DNA from: Tubiluchus corallicola
Lineage: Eukaryota > Animalia > Priapulida
NCBI GenBank assembly: GCA_030141605.1
Contig: JAQGDQ010000429.1
Coordinates: forward strand, 124,001-188,000
Length of the DNA: 64,000 nt
Direction: 5' to 3'
In this document: in pieces, positions 22,128 to 35,022 of the stretch
Layout: the number at the start of each line of letters is the position of its first letter
Position numbering within the stretch: position 1 is the first letter of the stretch
Position numbers and translations under genes: made by a program
Notes under the pieces: model-generated
Seen by the model: the letters and a program-made list of their open reading frames with translations, nothing else
Databases searched by the model: none
Told to the model about the DNA's origin: nothing

Positions 22128-25100
22128 TTAGTTTGATAGTACATTTTCCTTCTGGGCAGCGCGTTCGAAAGCTTGGAGGTGGTGTAAACATTTAACTCCC
22201 TGTGCTTCATTCACCTGCCGCTCCAAGTTTTGTATCTTTCTTTTCTGTTTATCAGATGTGCTATGTTGCTTTGTGAGCTCCTGTCAAATAAAAGAAATCA
22301 TATGAACTGGAATGGCAGAAAACTTGTCAAATAATACAATGTAACTTGTAATGTTTGAAACTTTAACTATAGCGAGTCCTTGCTATAGTTTCGTTCTACT
22401 GACACTAAACTTTTGACACTTATAATAATGATAATAATTTCATTAACGACATAGTCCAGGGATAACACCTTAAAAACTTGATACTTATTTCCAAGGCCAT
22501 GCCAATTATTATGACCTGTATGTTATGTTGATAAAAGCAAGTGGTTGGTTGAAGAACTATCGGTACCATTTTTAGGTCTTTGGTATAACACTGTCGGGAG
22601 TTGAACGTGCGACCTAACAGGTGGAAAGCAAGCACGCTACCACTGAGCTATGCCGCCAGGTAGCACAAATTTAGCATTTTTCATTTAACAAATGATTATT
22701 GATTTTTGCTCCTGGAATGCAATCACATGTTTTTGGTTTAAACTGGAAGGCATAGCCATGTTTTATTTAATGTGAGTCTGCTGGAACACATTTGTACTGT
22801 CACGCAAGAACTTACTGTAACATAACTTTGTGCATAGAAAAGTTTGCTCATTTCAAAGAACATACATTTTTTAACGCCAAATTCTCTTCCTTCAGTTTCA
22901 GAATGTGACGAATTTTCTGCTTTTTGTTCTGGTGACCAAGCAGCGAGGCATACTGCTGCGCCAACTTCTCTAATTCAAGTTGTTTGCTCTCATTCTCATT
23001 CAACAAAAATTCTTTCTCGGCTTCATACTCATCCAGTAAACTCTAAATGGAAGACAGTTAATTAGTTCTAATTAATTTGGTTATACGCAATAACACAGAC
23101 AAGTATTCTTATGAAGACAAAAGACAATGCTGACAATTCCGGGAAACAAAGCTCTGTGCTAAAATTTTGGCATATCGGCCGGCTTCCTCCATGTGGCAAA
23201 TTTATATAAGATCAAGGCTTGCCATGATGAATTGATAAGATATTACCAATAAATGTGTCTACAACAGCTTGCTTCAAATTGTATTTGAGGCTAACAACAT
23301 ATGCATGCATCTTTAACTTGCCTATAGAATACCGTCAAAATTTATTTATTAATTACTATGGTACCATGGTACATATTTACTAAGGTACATAAAATTCACC
23401 TGTGGGTTACAGTTTTTGGCACTTAAATTTTTGTTATATGTTTAGACTGAATGTCACATTTGAATTTGTCAAACGAATGATAAATACGGAACAAATTACA
23501 CAATCAGTGTGCCAAATTTTAGGTCAAGGTAAAAATGTGGCTTTTTTGAGTAAATGAAAACTGACTTTGAGCTGTAAAACCTGCATAAAATTCACTAGTG
23601 CCTGAAACAAGATTGCCATGAAAGATAAATTTGCTAAATCAAGCACAAGTCGGCTTGAAGGGTCAACAGTTAAAAGGCTCCCATTTGAGACGATCCTTTT
23701 CTGTCTCTTTTTTGTCAATGGTTCTGTTTTACTCCAAACCAACCTTACCCGAAAAGGCTCCGTTTTGGAAAGTAATGATGCATGTTCCGTTTTAAGATGT
23801 TCTTCTCGTTCGGTGCTTAATGACAATTGCAGTTCAACTAAATACAAACAGAAAGCATCGATTCTCTTTGGTAATCAAAATGCCGTAAATATAATTAAGA
23901 ACAATAGTTACCATTACATACTTTGCCTCATTAATTATTATAATCTTAACACCAGGAATATTATTAGTAATAGTAGAAACCTAGAGTAAATAAATTTTCA
24001 AGCCAAATTTGAAAATATTGGAATGCAGCTTAGATCTGAATCAGAGATCATCTGCTTATATTGCAAACACCTTATAGTACTAGGATAACTAAGGCATCTA
24101 AAATTGGAAATGCTGAATTTGGTTGGCCAACTATAGTGGATGAACTCTGGACTACCTCGACCACAGCAGAATGGGGTTGTCTAGCGGCGTAAGGAGCCTA
24201 CAATGTTCGCAGATGACCATTAGTTTATTTCCAGGCTATATTTCAATTTACATTTCCTGTCTTTCAAGTTTGGTATAAAAATTTATTCATTTTGGGTTTA
24301 AGTTTGTAACATTACTTGGTTAATGACGTCTACATTGCTGGTGACATTGCTGCCAAATCTTTTATTCGAATATAGTCACTGCCAGCAGCACAGACTAACT
24401 AAAATGCATAGATTCTAACTATAGAAGCTGAACCTTTGCCTAGAAAATTTGATGAACCATCTTCAATAACCTAACATATGGCGTCAATTCAAGTGTGCAA
24501 AAATTATTCACACTTATTCCAAAAATAGTTTATGTACCCCACATCCTTTAATTTTCTTTGCAGTCATCAAATGTTATCATACAAAGTAAGGTCACATCTC
24601 CGTAATATATGCAACAATAGGAATGCTTTTTACCACGCTCTCTAGACTAGAAAAATTCTGTCAAAATACCTTCGTGAAGCTGAGTTTCCAACTGCTGGTT
24701 TTGTTCTCGAATTTGTAAAATTTGTTGTTCTAAATCCCTACAGTGACTCGAAGCAGATAAATGATCTTCCTAGATAAGAACAAGTACTAGATATGTATCA
24801 ATCAATACTTTATGATGGACAAAATGAGCAAGGTGCAGTTTAGACTAACTGACAACCAAGTCTGTTTACAAATGAAAGCAATGAAAAAGCATGAAAATTT
24901 TTAATAGTCCTTGAGAACTAAACCTAGAACATTAGCATTCCAAGCAGTACTGTGCTAACTAGCACACTACACAAATGTGAAAAAAGCGTGTAAGAAGATG
25001 AACACATATTTTGCTTCAAACTTTAGGAAATCTTTCAAGATAGCATGTGTTATGAAAACTATGTGTTAGATAGTAACACTTTTTTATTTGCCTGTAATAC

Positions 25101-28100
25101 TGTGTCTTAAAAACTTCCATTCTGTTCAATCTTTACATAATTGTTTCTAGATTCAAGTCAAATTATGTTTTAATAGTTACTGTAAAACATTTGTTATCAT
25201 GTTTTACTAACAGATAGTTAGCTTGGATTTAGGCTTAATAGATCTACAGCAGCACTTGTAAATGCTCATCTTAGATGGCGCTATTATTTGGCCAACGTTA
25301 GTTTGAACATCAACACTGACTGTATAGTGTATTTATGGTTACTCTTGTTATTAAACTTCCTTTGACGTGTTGCATTCTTCCATTAGCTTGCCAAGTCTAC
25401 AATTAAAAAGTAAAATGATTTAAGAGTTTTTGATGTCAGCTAGTGCTTTTGCACAAATATCAAGTTTAATAACGATTACGAGTGTGGATGAATTTAGACT
25501 ATGTCTGTGTTGTGTGATGTTATATAACTCATGTGAAATAAACTGTTTGAAACTGAAAAATCTATTTCCTAGCATTGCAGCACAAAACAAAAGTTTTAAT
25601 CCATAACAGTTTCAGAAAAGTTACGTATTACCTTAAGGCTTGCATAATCTCTGATCATCTTGTTTTCACAACATAATCGTACGAAAGTGTCTGCCACAAT
25701 TTCTTTCTCTGCTGTTAGCTCTTGTGCACCAGCAGTTTCTGCAGTTAATTGTGTGGCTTCTTCCACATTATCTATATTTTCTTTCTCTACTTCTACGTCA
25801 GCATTTGATGAACAGCTGTCAGCACCTGCACCAAAGTTATCCTCTTTACATGCAAAAGTCTTGGTACTATCTTTACTCATTGAGACATGTTCCAAGTTCA
25901 ACACCTCTTCACTAAAGTCTTGATCACTTTGTGATGTTAAGCTTGATTCTTTTCCACCGAAGCCAGTTTTCTCCTCATCTGTTTGCATTTCTTTCTTCTC
26001 ATTTAGTAGCACAATACTTTCTTTTACTAGTTCATCATCTCTAGTTTGCACTGTTTCTTCCAGCTTTAACACAGAAGCATCACTCTCCTCTGTAATTGAA
26101 GCAATATCAGAATGTGATTGGTCTATATCGGTTTTTATTTCACAAATTCTCGATTGCATTTTTTTCAACAACATCTTCAGTTGATGATTCGCTACTACAA
26201 CTTCTTCATACTCTTTTTTCTTGTGGTTAACGTCTGACCTCAATTGTCCAATAAGCTTTTCATTGTCATCGTTACATGTTACAGATAATTTGATCTCATC
26301 AAGCTCTTTAGTTAGTGAAGTTACAATCTGCTGCAATTGGTTGATATTTTCTATTTTGCTGGAAAGATCTTGTTGGCAACATGCCAATTTATCTCTAGCA
26401 CAATGCAGAGCAGCACTTACTGCTTCAAGATCCTCCTGCTTTTGTTGTACAGCTGACTCAGCCTCTTTCAACTGATCAGTAACGCTACAAAGTCTCGAGC
26501 TGCCATCTTCTTGGACAGCAACAATATCGGCCAGTTCTTTGGTCAGCGACTGAACTCTGTTTGCGAGTTGTTCATTCTGGACTCTCACATGTGACACTTT
26601 TTCAAGTTCTTTTCCTAGCTGCTTTATTTCAAAGCGACATTTCTCTAGATCCGTTTCTAAAAGCTGCTTTGTCACCTCAACAGCAGCGCAGTTGGTTTCC
26701 AGATCACATATTCTACGCTTGGCAGCTTCATTGTCCTCCATGATCACTGCAATCTTGTTGTTCAGCATTGATTTTTCCTCACTAAATGACTTCATTTGTT
26801 CATCTCTCACCGAAATTGAGCATTTCAAATCTTGTTCACGTGAACTCAGTGTGATTCTCAGCTGCTGTACTTCACTTTCACAATGTGCTAACTTGGCTGA
26901 GGTAACCGTTAGGTTATCATAAAGAAGTTGACGCTCATACTGCCTTTTTTCTTCCTGTTTACTGACATTGCTAAACACGACCGTCATTGCTTGTAACTTC
27001 CTATCAAGCATGTCTCTTTCATTCTTGACAACATGGAGAGTACTCGTTAGAGCTTTAAACTGATTTTCTATAATTTGTAGCTCCTTTATTCGTGACGACG
27101 CAGAGTTAAGCTTATTACATATGTCGCTATGTGCACTCGATGCTTCTAAAAGCTGCTGCGTCAAGTCTTCATTTTGTTGTTGCAAATTCTCAGAGGAGGC
27201 AGTTTGTTCCTCTAACTGCGAAATGATAACTTTTCTTTCAGCCAGCTCTTTCTTTGCGGCCTCCAGCTTGTTGCTGAGTTCGTTGTTGTTGTTACACAAA
27301 ACTGCAAAGTCTTTCACCGTTTTTGCCCTGGCTTCCTTCGCGAGTTCAATTTCATTCTCTTTTTCTTTAATTTTTGCTTCCAAATCGTTTGCAAGTTTTT
27401 CCTTCTCATGAGCATTTTCTATCGCCTTCCCACGAGCTACCGCCATTTCGTCGAATTGTTTTCCTTTTTCATCTAATTGCAAGTTTAAATATTTGATTGT
27501 CTCCTCTCCTTCTTTAATTTTTGACTTCAAATGCATACACTGTGCCTGTAAAGCAGCTATCTCTACAGATTTGTTTTGCTGTTCAATTGCAAATTCAGAA
27601 ATTTTACTTTCCAATTCCGCATTCACTTGCGACAGCTTTGTTGTAAAATTCTTCTCATGCTTCTGTTTATTACACATGTCCTTCTCCATATTTGCTAGGT
27701 CTCCTTCCAAAGTGCATTGTCGGTCATTCATTATGATCATTGTATGCTCTGATTTTGTTATTTGTTCCTGCAGCAGGGCTTTACTATCTTCGAGGCAATC
27801 TGAAAAAAGCAATAAATAAATGCTAGAAACAAGAAGTATTATCCAGCACCATCAAACAGTTTATGGACCATCTATATAACTTGCAGTAAGACCTTAATCC
27901 ATTTCTGGATAAGTTTAGGACAATTATTTGAAGAGTTAGTAGACTCTCACCCTATTGTGTTTGTGACTTCCATACTGTCCTTCATAATTAGTACACCAAT
28001 ATACATAGAAAGTGCAAGAATTCTACTACCTTTTTACAAACAATGTAAAAAATGATCGATTTACAAGCTTATAGTTCATCCACATAAAGTCTGGCTTCAC

Positions 28101-31100
28101 AAAGCTTTCTTAATATATTAAGTTTGATACTGTTTATAGATGTAATAGTAAAGGAAAGCTGTTTAAAATAATGATATAAGATCAAATCACCAATTAAATT
28201 ATAAAATTAAGAAAGACGTTAATACTTGACGATGCAAGACCATGCCATGACGATGCCAAATTATCGTTTTGGCTAGAAGGCCAGTTAGATGTGGCATATC
28301 GCGTGATGACCAGCTGATGTTTGACCGGCTGAGTCAGAAGTAAAGATTGTTGATGTAATCTTTATGCACAGAAGCTCAGGGCACATTAGGTAGTTAGACA
28401 AAAGGATTTCGAGATCCGCACCTTGGGTAGATTACGAACTGTCTTGAAGATGGAGGGCTGGCATTACTATCCTCTTATGTATACAGTGTTGTGTTTGATC
28501 TTTAATAAATGTGCAGTTTGCTGAATAAGGTCTTGACAGTGTCCCACACGCAATCTTGACGATCCACAGCCACCAACACAATAAACAACAACAACCAGCA
28601 AGCAGCTATAGCAACTATCATAAACAGACTTTAATTCATCAGAAGCAGATATTATTTTACTATAACTAAATCTTTGCAAGACCTCTTTGCAGTGAGTAAA
28701 ATTTTAAAATGGAACAACCAACTGAACATGAGCATGAAGGCCAAAAATACAAGTCAGCACAAATGTAATGAGATGCATGCACTCAGGATACAAAATAAGT
28801 GGAAGCATGAGATCAGCCATTCTTTAAATAAATGAGATGTAGAAAAGTGAGCAGTTGCTACTAGTAGCAAAGACTGATTACACCAACCAAGTTGCTGCAT
28901 TCAATTCGAAAAGAAAAAGTTTCAAACTTGACAACCCTATTTTGCCCACAGTTTGCAACTAGGTAAGCATAACTAAGAAAATGATGTTTTACAGCAGTAC
29001 AAAGACTAAAATAATCCAATAAGTTAAGCAAATATAATAGGTATGATTAATAAACCTATTTACCAATAATATATTCCTGCTCGTCAATCTGGGCCGATAA
29101 GGATTTGATTTCATCATTTGCCCTCTTAAGTTCCGGTTCTAGACACTCCAACAATTCTACCATCTCCTCCTCCAGTTTTAGCTGCGTCTCTTCGATTTTT
29201 CTCTGATGAGTGCCTAAAGTAAGACAATTTGTCATCTACATAACAACAAAAAGAAAACAGCAAAAAAGTCAAAAGTTAAGTACTGTACAACACAGTTTAT
29301 TTATTTATTTTATATGTTTGATACACTGCAAATCATAATCCAAAACTCAATAGAAGTGCCTATTCAATATGAAGGTTGTGGCGGGACCGCAACCGATCTG
29401 ATTATCATGAATAATCCTCCTCTCTGATAAGATAATGAATGGCAGTCAAGAACACACACACGTATGAATAGATAAACCCAAAGAAGAAATCGTGCATGGA
29501 AATTCCAGCTAAATTGTGCCGAATGCATGCTGCTTCAAATATTTTAATGATAAAGAATTTATGTAATTGAAGTGGTGACTTATTTGAATTCATAATTTTA
29601 AGTTTGAATTGAATTTGAATTAAAAAAACTCGTTTGATCGAATTTGAACTTTCGAATTCGATTTGAATATTCGAACTTAAACGCACGATGCTCAACCTTA
29701 CTTAATACTTGTCTCGGCGAATGTACTTGCTTAACTCCTAATCATGATAGTATAACATTATTATATCAGTGGCCCACGGGTCTCAAAGAACTCATGTAGT
29801 TGAAGTGGTGACTTATTCAAATCCAATAATTTTAGGTTTGACCTGAATTTAAATTGAAAAAAAACTCGCTTGATCGAATTTGAACTTTCGAATTCGATTT
29901 GAACATTCGAACTCAAACGCTCGATGCTAAGCCCTACTTAAAACTCGCGCCGGCGAATGTACTTGCTTAACCCCTAATCATGACATTATAAAATCATTAT
30001 ACCAGTGGTCTATATGTCTGCTGTAATAACAGTGGTGATTTGGAAAGTTGTACGCAAGATGATCATGTAATAGTAAAACTACCAGCGAATTAAAAATTAG
30101 TGGTAAAGAAAAGGGAAATAAAATTATTCTCAGTTACTTAGTGAAGTATTATGAGCTGGTAAATGTAAGATATGCATTTTGGCTGGGGAAGGGTTTCTAC
30201 AAGATCCTACCTGTGACCGAAAATTCATTTATCCCAAATTGGGACTGGACTTTTAAAAAACCAGCCCTGTGTGTGCTGCAAAACAAAACAATCTAAATCT
30301 CGTATTCAAGTCCCCAAACTATCGTTGCTCACAATAATCAAGAAAGGTATCATAACACAAACATTTTCAGCTATAATAACTGAAAAACCCAAATACAGAA
30401 AAGTAGCTGCATTAGTCAAATTACTATAAGTACCTACCTCTGGACTGCAGTTTGCGTCGATACTCACACTGTGCTGTTAATAAAATTTGTATGGAAACAA
30501 TCTTTGACGTAATTGTTTTGTTGAAGTGAAATTGCTGACGGACCATTCCCACACGATGCCGCAATGATGTCCGTTCCTAAGTGCAAAACAAAAAAACTAT
30601 ATTATAATTCTCCTGCTTTTCACTGAATAAAAAATGATACAGTTCTAAATGTGTGCATTTAATCTAGAACATTTACACAGCCAATTGCGGGAATTTGGAA
30701 AGAGAAAAGAGAAGCCGGGCTACACGATGAGGTGAGTCTCTTTTATTATAAGTAACTCCAGCCTACAAAAGCGGAATGGTTCCAAGATGGTTCCCCGAGA
30801 AAACATTACAACACAAATCCATTATTGTGACGTCAACCATTTTTTAGTGCAGCTGTCCTCACTATCCTACTATTAACTAACTACCACTTTAAAGAGACAA
30901 AAAATACTAAACTGCTAGGTAAAATGGTAATGGTGTATGCTACGCAGGATGTTCGTGCGTTATTAATTATATCCTATCTACCTTTGCTTACAAATATAAA
31001 CTGGCTTTAGTATGCAAATATATGTCTATAAGTCTGTTGCCATCGTTAAACGGGCAAAAAGAAAAAGCAAACGCCGTGTACAATATTTATGTATTATTGA

Positions 31101-32955
31101 TTATCAATCAATTTATGAGTAAAAGATTTTTGAAGGGTTTTCGTTAATTTCACTTTAATTAATTTTGGTTATTTCAAACAAGTCAAAAAGCAATCAATTG
31201 GCACAGGATTTACTGAAACTCAGGAGAAAATGGTCGACTCGTCTCTTGATTCTACAAGCTACATACTTGTCACAAGTTCTTTATTTTACCATCTTAATTT
31301 CAAGATTATTGATTAATGATGGAACGAAGACATAGTTATTGAATTTGTGAAGCCAAGCTTGACTGAAATGGAAGAAATGTGGCAAGGAATACTTCGATTT
31401 AAATTGTTCAGTTTCACAAACAATTTTACCTTTGCCTTCAGAATGTCGTTTCCGCGCCTGAAAAATTTTAGTTCATTCTCAGATTTAGAAAGCAGAGACT
31501 CCAGTTTTGTTTTTGCATGCAATGTGCTGGTCAGTCGAGATTCCAACTTTTGCATTTCTTCTTCTTTCTTTGTCAGAGCAATGTCTTGTTCAGAACACTG
31601 TCTGAGCAGACGCTTTACCTAAAGAGCAGATAAAATGGCTCAAAGTTATTGTTTCTATTTTGGACATGATGTACAAATACATTGCTTTACTTGTTCTCAG
31701 ACATTAATCAATTACCTGACTGCAACTTGCGTTCTAGAAAAATTAGTTGTATTTGTTAACAAATGATGCCATATTCAAATTAAAGCCTTTAGCTGATGTT
31801 TAGCAGATTCAATTGGAACTTCATGTACGAGTCTATCGTCAAGCTCCAAAAAATACCACGTAACTAATGTACAAATAAACGGGAAAAAGTGCATATGGTG
31901 GCTATACATATTAACTCTATTTAACTGTTAACTTCTACTAGAGAGTATTTTGTACAGTAAGTCCTTGTTTAACCATGGTGAACATTTACAAGCTTTTCAC
32001 AATCAATGATGCATGCTTCACATTAAAGACGATTTTTTACTTTGCTAAAAGCAATTTTTATTCTAACAACAACTTTTCTACATAGTTTGAAGCATGAAAA
32101 CAGTATATATTATATTATTCCTGTTCCAAAAACACACTAGTAACCTAGAACAGTACAATATCATTTATGTTTCTGCTTCCCGACTGACTGCTAAATGCTA
32201 AAGCTGTTTGTATAAAGTGAAATCTATTTGCAGTTAACTCCGAGGCTTGTACTGTGCAGTGCTTAACGCTAATTGCTTAAGACTTCAACTTCAACGTTAA
32301 CATAAAAGAAACAGCTAGCTAGGTACTGATAAGAAAGATAGGTGGCTTTAAACAAACAGAAAGAAATTAATCAGTAGAAATATGAATAAAACTCATAGAA
32401 TGTTTAATTTGCACGAATTAAACAGCACCAATTCTTGCTTCTAGAATCTAGAATGTATGTCGATTCTTTTACATTACTTTCAATGGAAGTCTTACTTTCA
32501 TTTAACGAGGTTTTGCTAGAACGCAATAGCATCAGTAATGTAAGCCGTGCAGGAGTCACTGAAAGTCATTATTTGTTTTGGAAGTAGATAAAACTATACT
32601 TTGAAAGAGCACTTTACACTGTGTTTAGCTGGTATTTCACTGCTGAATCATTAATTTGCCAAGGACAAAATCATTTTTACTGTAACGTTTTTAAAATTTA
32701 ATTACTCAGTGTTTGCATTTGGCAAACAATGTTGCTAGTCATATTTTCTAGTTTACATAAAACAAAACCTTAAGATTGGCACTCCAACTTTTTGAACAAA
32801 CCAATTTTCAACTTAGAATTAAAAAATTACTATATATACATACACAGCTGCATATACAATCATACATATATGTATGCAGTATACAGCTCCAGGGCAAATG
32901 TTACCTCTTTATCATCAGCTTTTCTTCTGCTGTTGGCCATAATATAGGAGCAATC
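22128..32955 (-). CDS. HMMR: Hyaluronan-mediated motility receptor (RHAMM), spindle coiled-coil protein; first exon(s) unresolved
   Basis: In-frame minus-strand exons 32955-32905, 31618-31430, 30576-30438, 29213-29064, 27799-25632, 24769-24670, 23837-23749, 23042-22866, 22280-22128 (1071 aa plus TAA). The C-terminal bZIP-like segment KTEPFR-SLLDEYEAEK...YASLLGHQNKKQKIRHILKLKEENLALK and the AF....KEN tail match RHAMM (human [34 protein letters not shown]). Exon 31618-31430 (KLESRL...NDILKAK) matches the RHAMM N-terminal coiled coil. An alternative phase-0 donor for the large exon exists at 25683. Confidence 0.88.
22540..22657 (-). mobile_element. tRNA-derived SINE with a Nin-type central domain (3'-truncated)
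   Basis: Minus strand GGCGGCATAGCTCAGTGGTAG (A box) ... GTTCAACTCCCG (B box), followed by TATACCAAAGACCTAAAAATGGTAC, which resembles the Nin-SINE conserved domain. Confidence 0.7.
29553..30010. repeat. Direct tandem duplication, unit about 233 bp, containing a hAT-like end
   Basis: 29553-29785 matches 29786-~30010. Each unit has TTCGAA-rich repeats and an end reading TAGGGCTTAGCATCGA-like on the minus strand. Confidence 0.85.
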
Positions 32956-33117
32956 CTAAATTAACGTCCTACAAGGGAATGACTCCTATCCTATTATTCT
33001 CAGCTAAAAATAAAAATGATATAAAGATAGGTCCCAGGGTATAAATATTTTCAGTCTTGTTCTTAGTATGAGTAAAACAATGAAAAGGTAGGTCGTCATG
33101 ATAACACTTGGCCTGCA

Positions 33118-35022
33118 TAAGCCTTTTCCAGCGATTGAAGATGATCATCAAAAGGTCAAAGGTTAAGTGAACCAGACAATGCATTTGGGTGCACTTGAAA
33201 AAGCCCGCACCCAATGGTATTATATAATGGTAATAGTTTTAGCAGCTAGCAAGACCCTTACCTAGTTCATTTTTGCGTGTTCCCAAGCAACATCCTGCTA
33301 ATAAATCACTATACACACAGGTTAATGCATAATTAAGTAAAGTTCACGTAAAAGTTCCAACTACAGACCGATACACCAATTATATGTAAACTTCTTGAGA
33401 AAGTAATTAGAAATGCTATCTACGACCATCTCATTATCAATAAGCTTATTACTGTCTCTCAATACGGAATCATAAAAGGAAGTTCCTGCATTTTAAACCT
33501 ATTTGGGCCTTTAAATGACTGGCAAGAAGCTCTGGATGAAGGGCCTTGTGCTAACGTAATATTTTATGATTTGCAGCAGATTTTCGATAAAGTTTCACAT
33601 AGAAAACTCCTGTAAAACTTGCCACACATGGGATCTCTCCCAACATCTACAAATGGATAGAAGACTTTCTTAAAGACCGCTCACGTGTTCGAATCAACTG
33701 TAAGAAATCTTCATGGAGACCCGTTAGGAGCGGAGTGCCACAGGGAAGTGTATTAGGGCCTATACTATTCTTTATGTTCATCAACGATGTACCAGACAAG
33801 TTAAATTCATCAGTGAAAATATTTGCCGATGATACCATTTGTCTACAGGATACTGAAGCCAAATATTCACTACCATAGACTCCAAAATGATATTAGTCTA
33901 TCAGACTCATGGTCACAAACCTGGCAGATGCCATTCAACAGGGAAAAGTGTAAGGTTCTACATATAGGGAAAGACAAACTCATCGCTACTATGTGTACAA
34001 CGATACAAATCAGTCAGTTTCAATAATATCAGTAACAAAACAGAAAGATTTGTGTGTTTTAATTGACCAGTCGCTCACTTTTGATGAACACATTTACAAT
34101 ATATCCAAACAAGCTAGGAATCGATTATGAATGATAAGGCGCTCTTTCAACTATATGGATACTGATATGATTACATTTTATACAAAACATTCATAAGACC
34201 AATATTAGGCTATGCTGATGTAATTTGGTGTCTATCCAAACTTCAAGCAGTACGTAAGATAGAATCTATTCAACAGAAAGTCACCAAGTTAGTACTATCA
34301 TTTAAAGATATACCATAGGCAGAGACTGAATTTACCATCCCTACATTTCAGAAGAAAAAAAGGTGACCAAACCATGCTGTATCGTATATACAACAATCTT
34401 TCCTTACCAGAATTGACAAAGCCCAGATGTAGAAACAAGAACAGATTCATTTTCAGAGTGATAAATGATTGGAACTCCCTCACCACATCAGCAGATCAAT
34501 TCAAGAAGAAGCTAGACATGTATTGGAAAAGCCATCCAATGAAGTTCCACGATCCGTTCCAGCCTGAGTGGATTCTAAACATTTTTTTTAAAATCCAACT
34601 CCTCTGCAACACCATTCCAGTTTATCATCAGTCAACACATATGACCGTTTGCCATACCACCACTGACCTTGCTTCCTCACCATACCATGACAACTGCGCT
34701 AGGCAGCACTCCCACTTGAGAGACAACATAAATATAAAATGCAAGAGAGAAAACTTGTGATAAAGTAATTAACAGAAGTTTTATCAACAGAGACAACTAT
34801 GAGTAAAAAGCCTACTTATACTAGGCTTCGCTTTGTCGATCTACGGTAATACAGAAATCTACGGCAACAACAACAAACAGATGGCATCGCAACTGAAGTT
34901 ATTGAACTGATGCGGCAGACGGTTTGTTTTATACACGTCACAAGGCTTGCTGCTGGGGTCCACTTAACCTTTGACACAAAGTAACTAAGCAAGCGCACAA
35001 CGAAACTGTGAAAAGGTTTATT
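33118..35022 (-). mobile_element. MITE family subtype B copy split by a LINE insertion
   Basis: 33118-33353 and ~34875-35022 together correspond to the reverse complement of the copy at 10474-10869; ends TAAGCCTTTTCC / AACTGTGAAAAGGTTTATT. Confidence 0.8.
33354..34874 (+). mobile_element. 5'-truncated, frameshifted CR1/L2-clade non-LTR retrotransposon
   Basis: RT motifs SGVPQGSVLGPILF..FIND...KIFADDT (~33729-33836) and WQMPFNREKCKVLHIG; C-terminal RVINDWNSL...FKKKLD; 3' end CTACGG..CTACGG followed by a (CAA)n tail. Confidence 0.9.

Noticed and set aside
22585-22657. Functional tRNA gene
   Set aside because: A and B boxes are present, but the acceptor and T stems are imperfect and the sequence runs into a SINE body.
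23165-23240. HDV-like ribozyme (GGCCGGCTTCCTCC...)
   Set aside because: The P1 and P3 pairings of the nested double pseudoknot could not be built.
25660-27819. Plus-strand ORFs overlapping the large HMMR exon
   Set aside because: Ser/Phe/Leu-rich antisense shadows of a Glu/Lys/Gln-rich coiled-coil exon.
28348-28578. Solo LTR (TGTTGATG...CACCAACA with internal AATAAA)
   Set aside because: Termini are suggestive, but there is no target-site duplication or second copy in the window.
31716-31733. 18-nt HMMR micro-exon (minus strand, TAG|...CAG|GTAAT)
   Set aside because: Splice-like flanks exist, but the neighbouring exons already join as DKE|VKRLL, matching human EKE|IRVLL; unsupported without RNA data.
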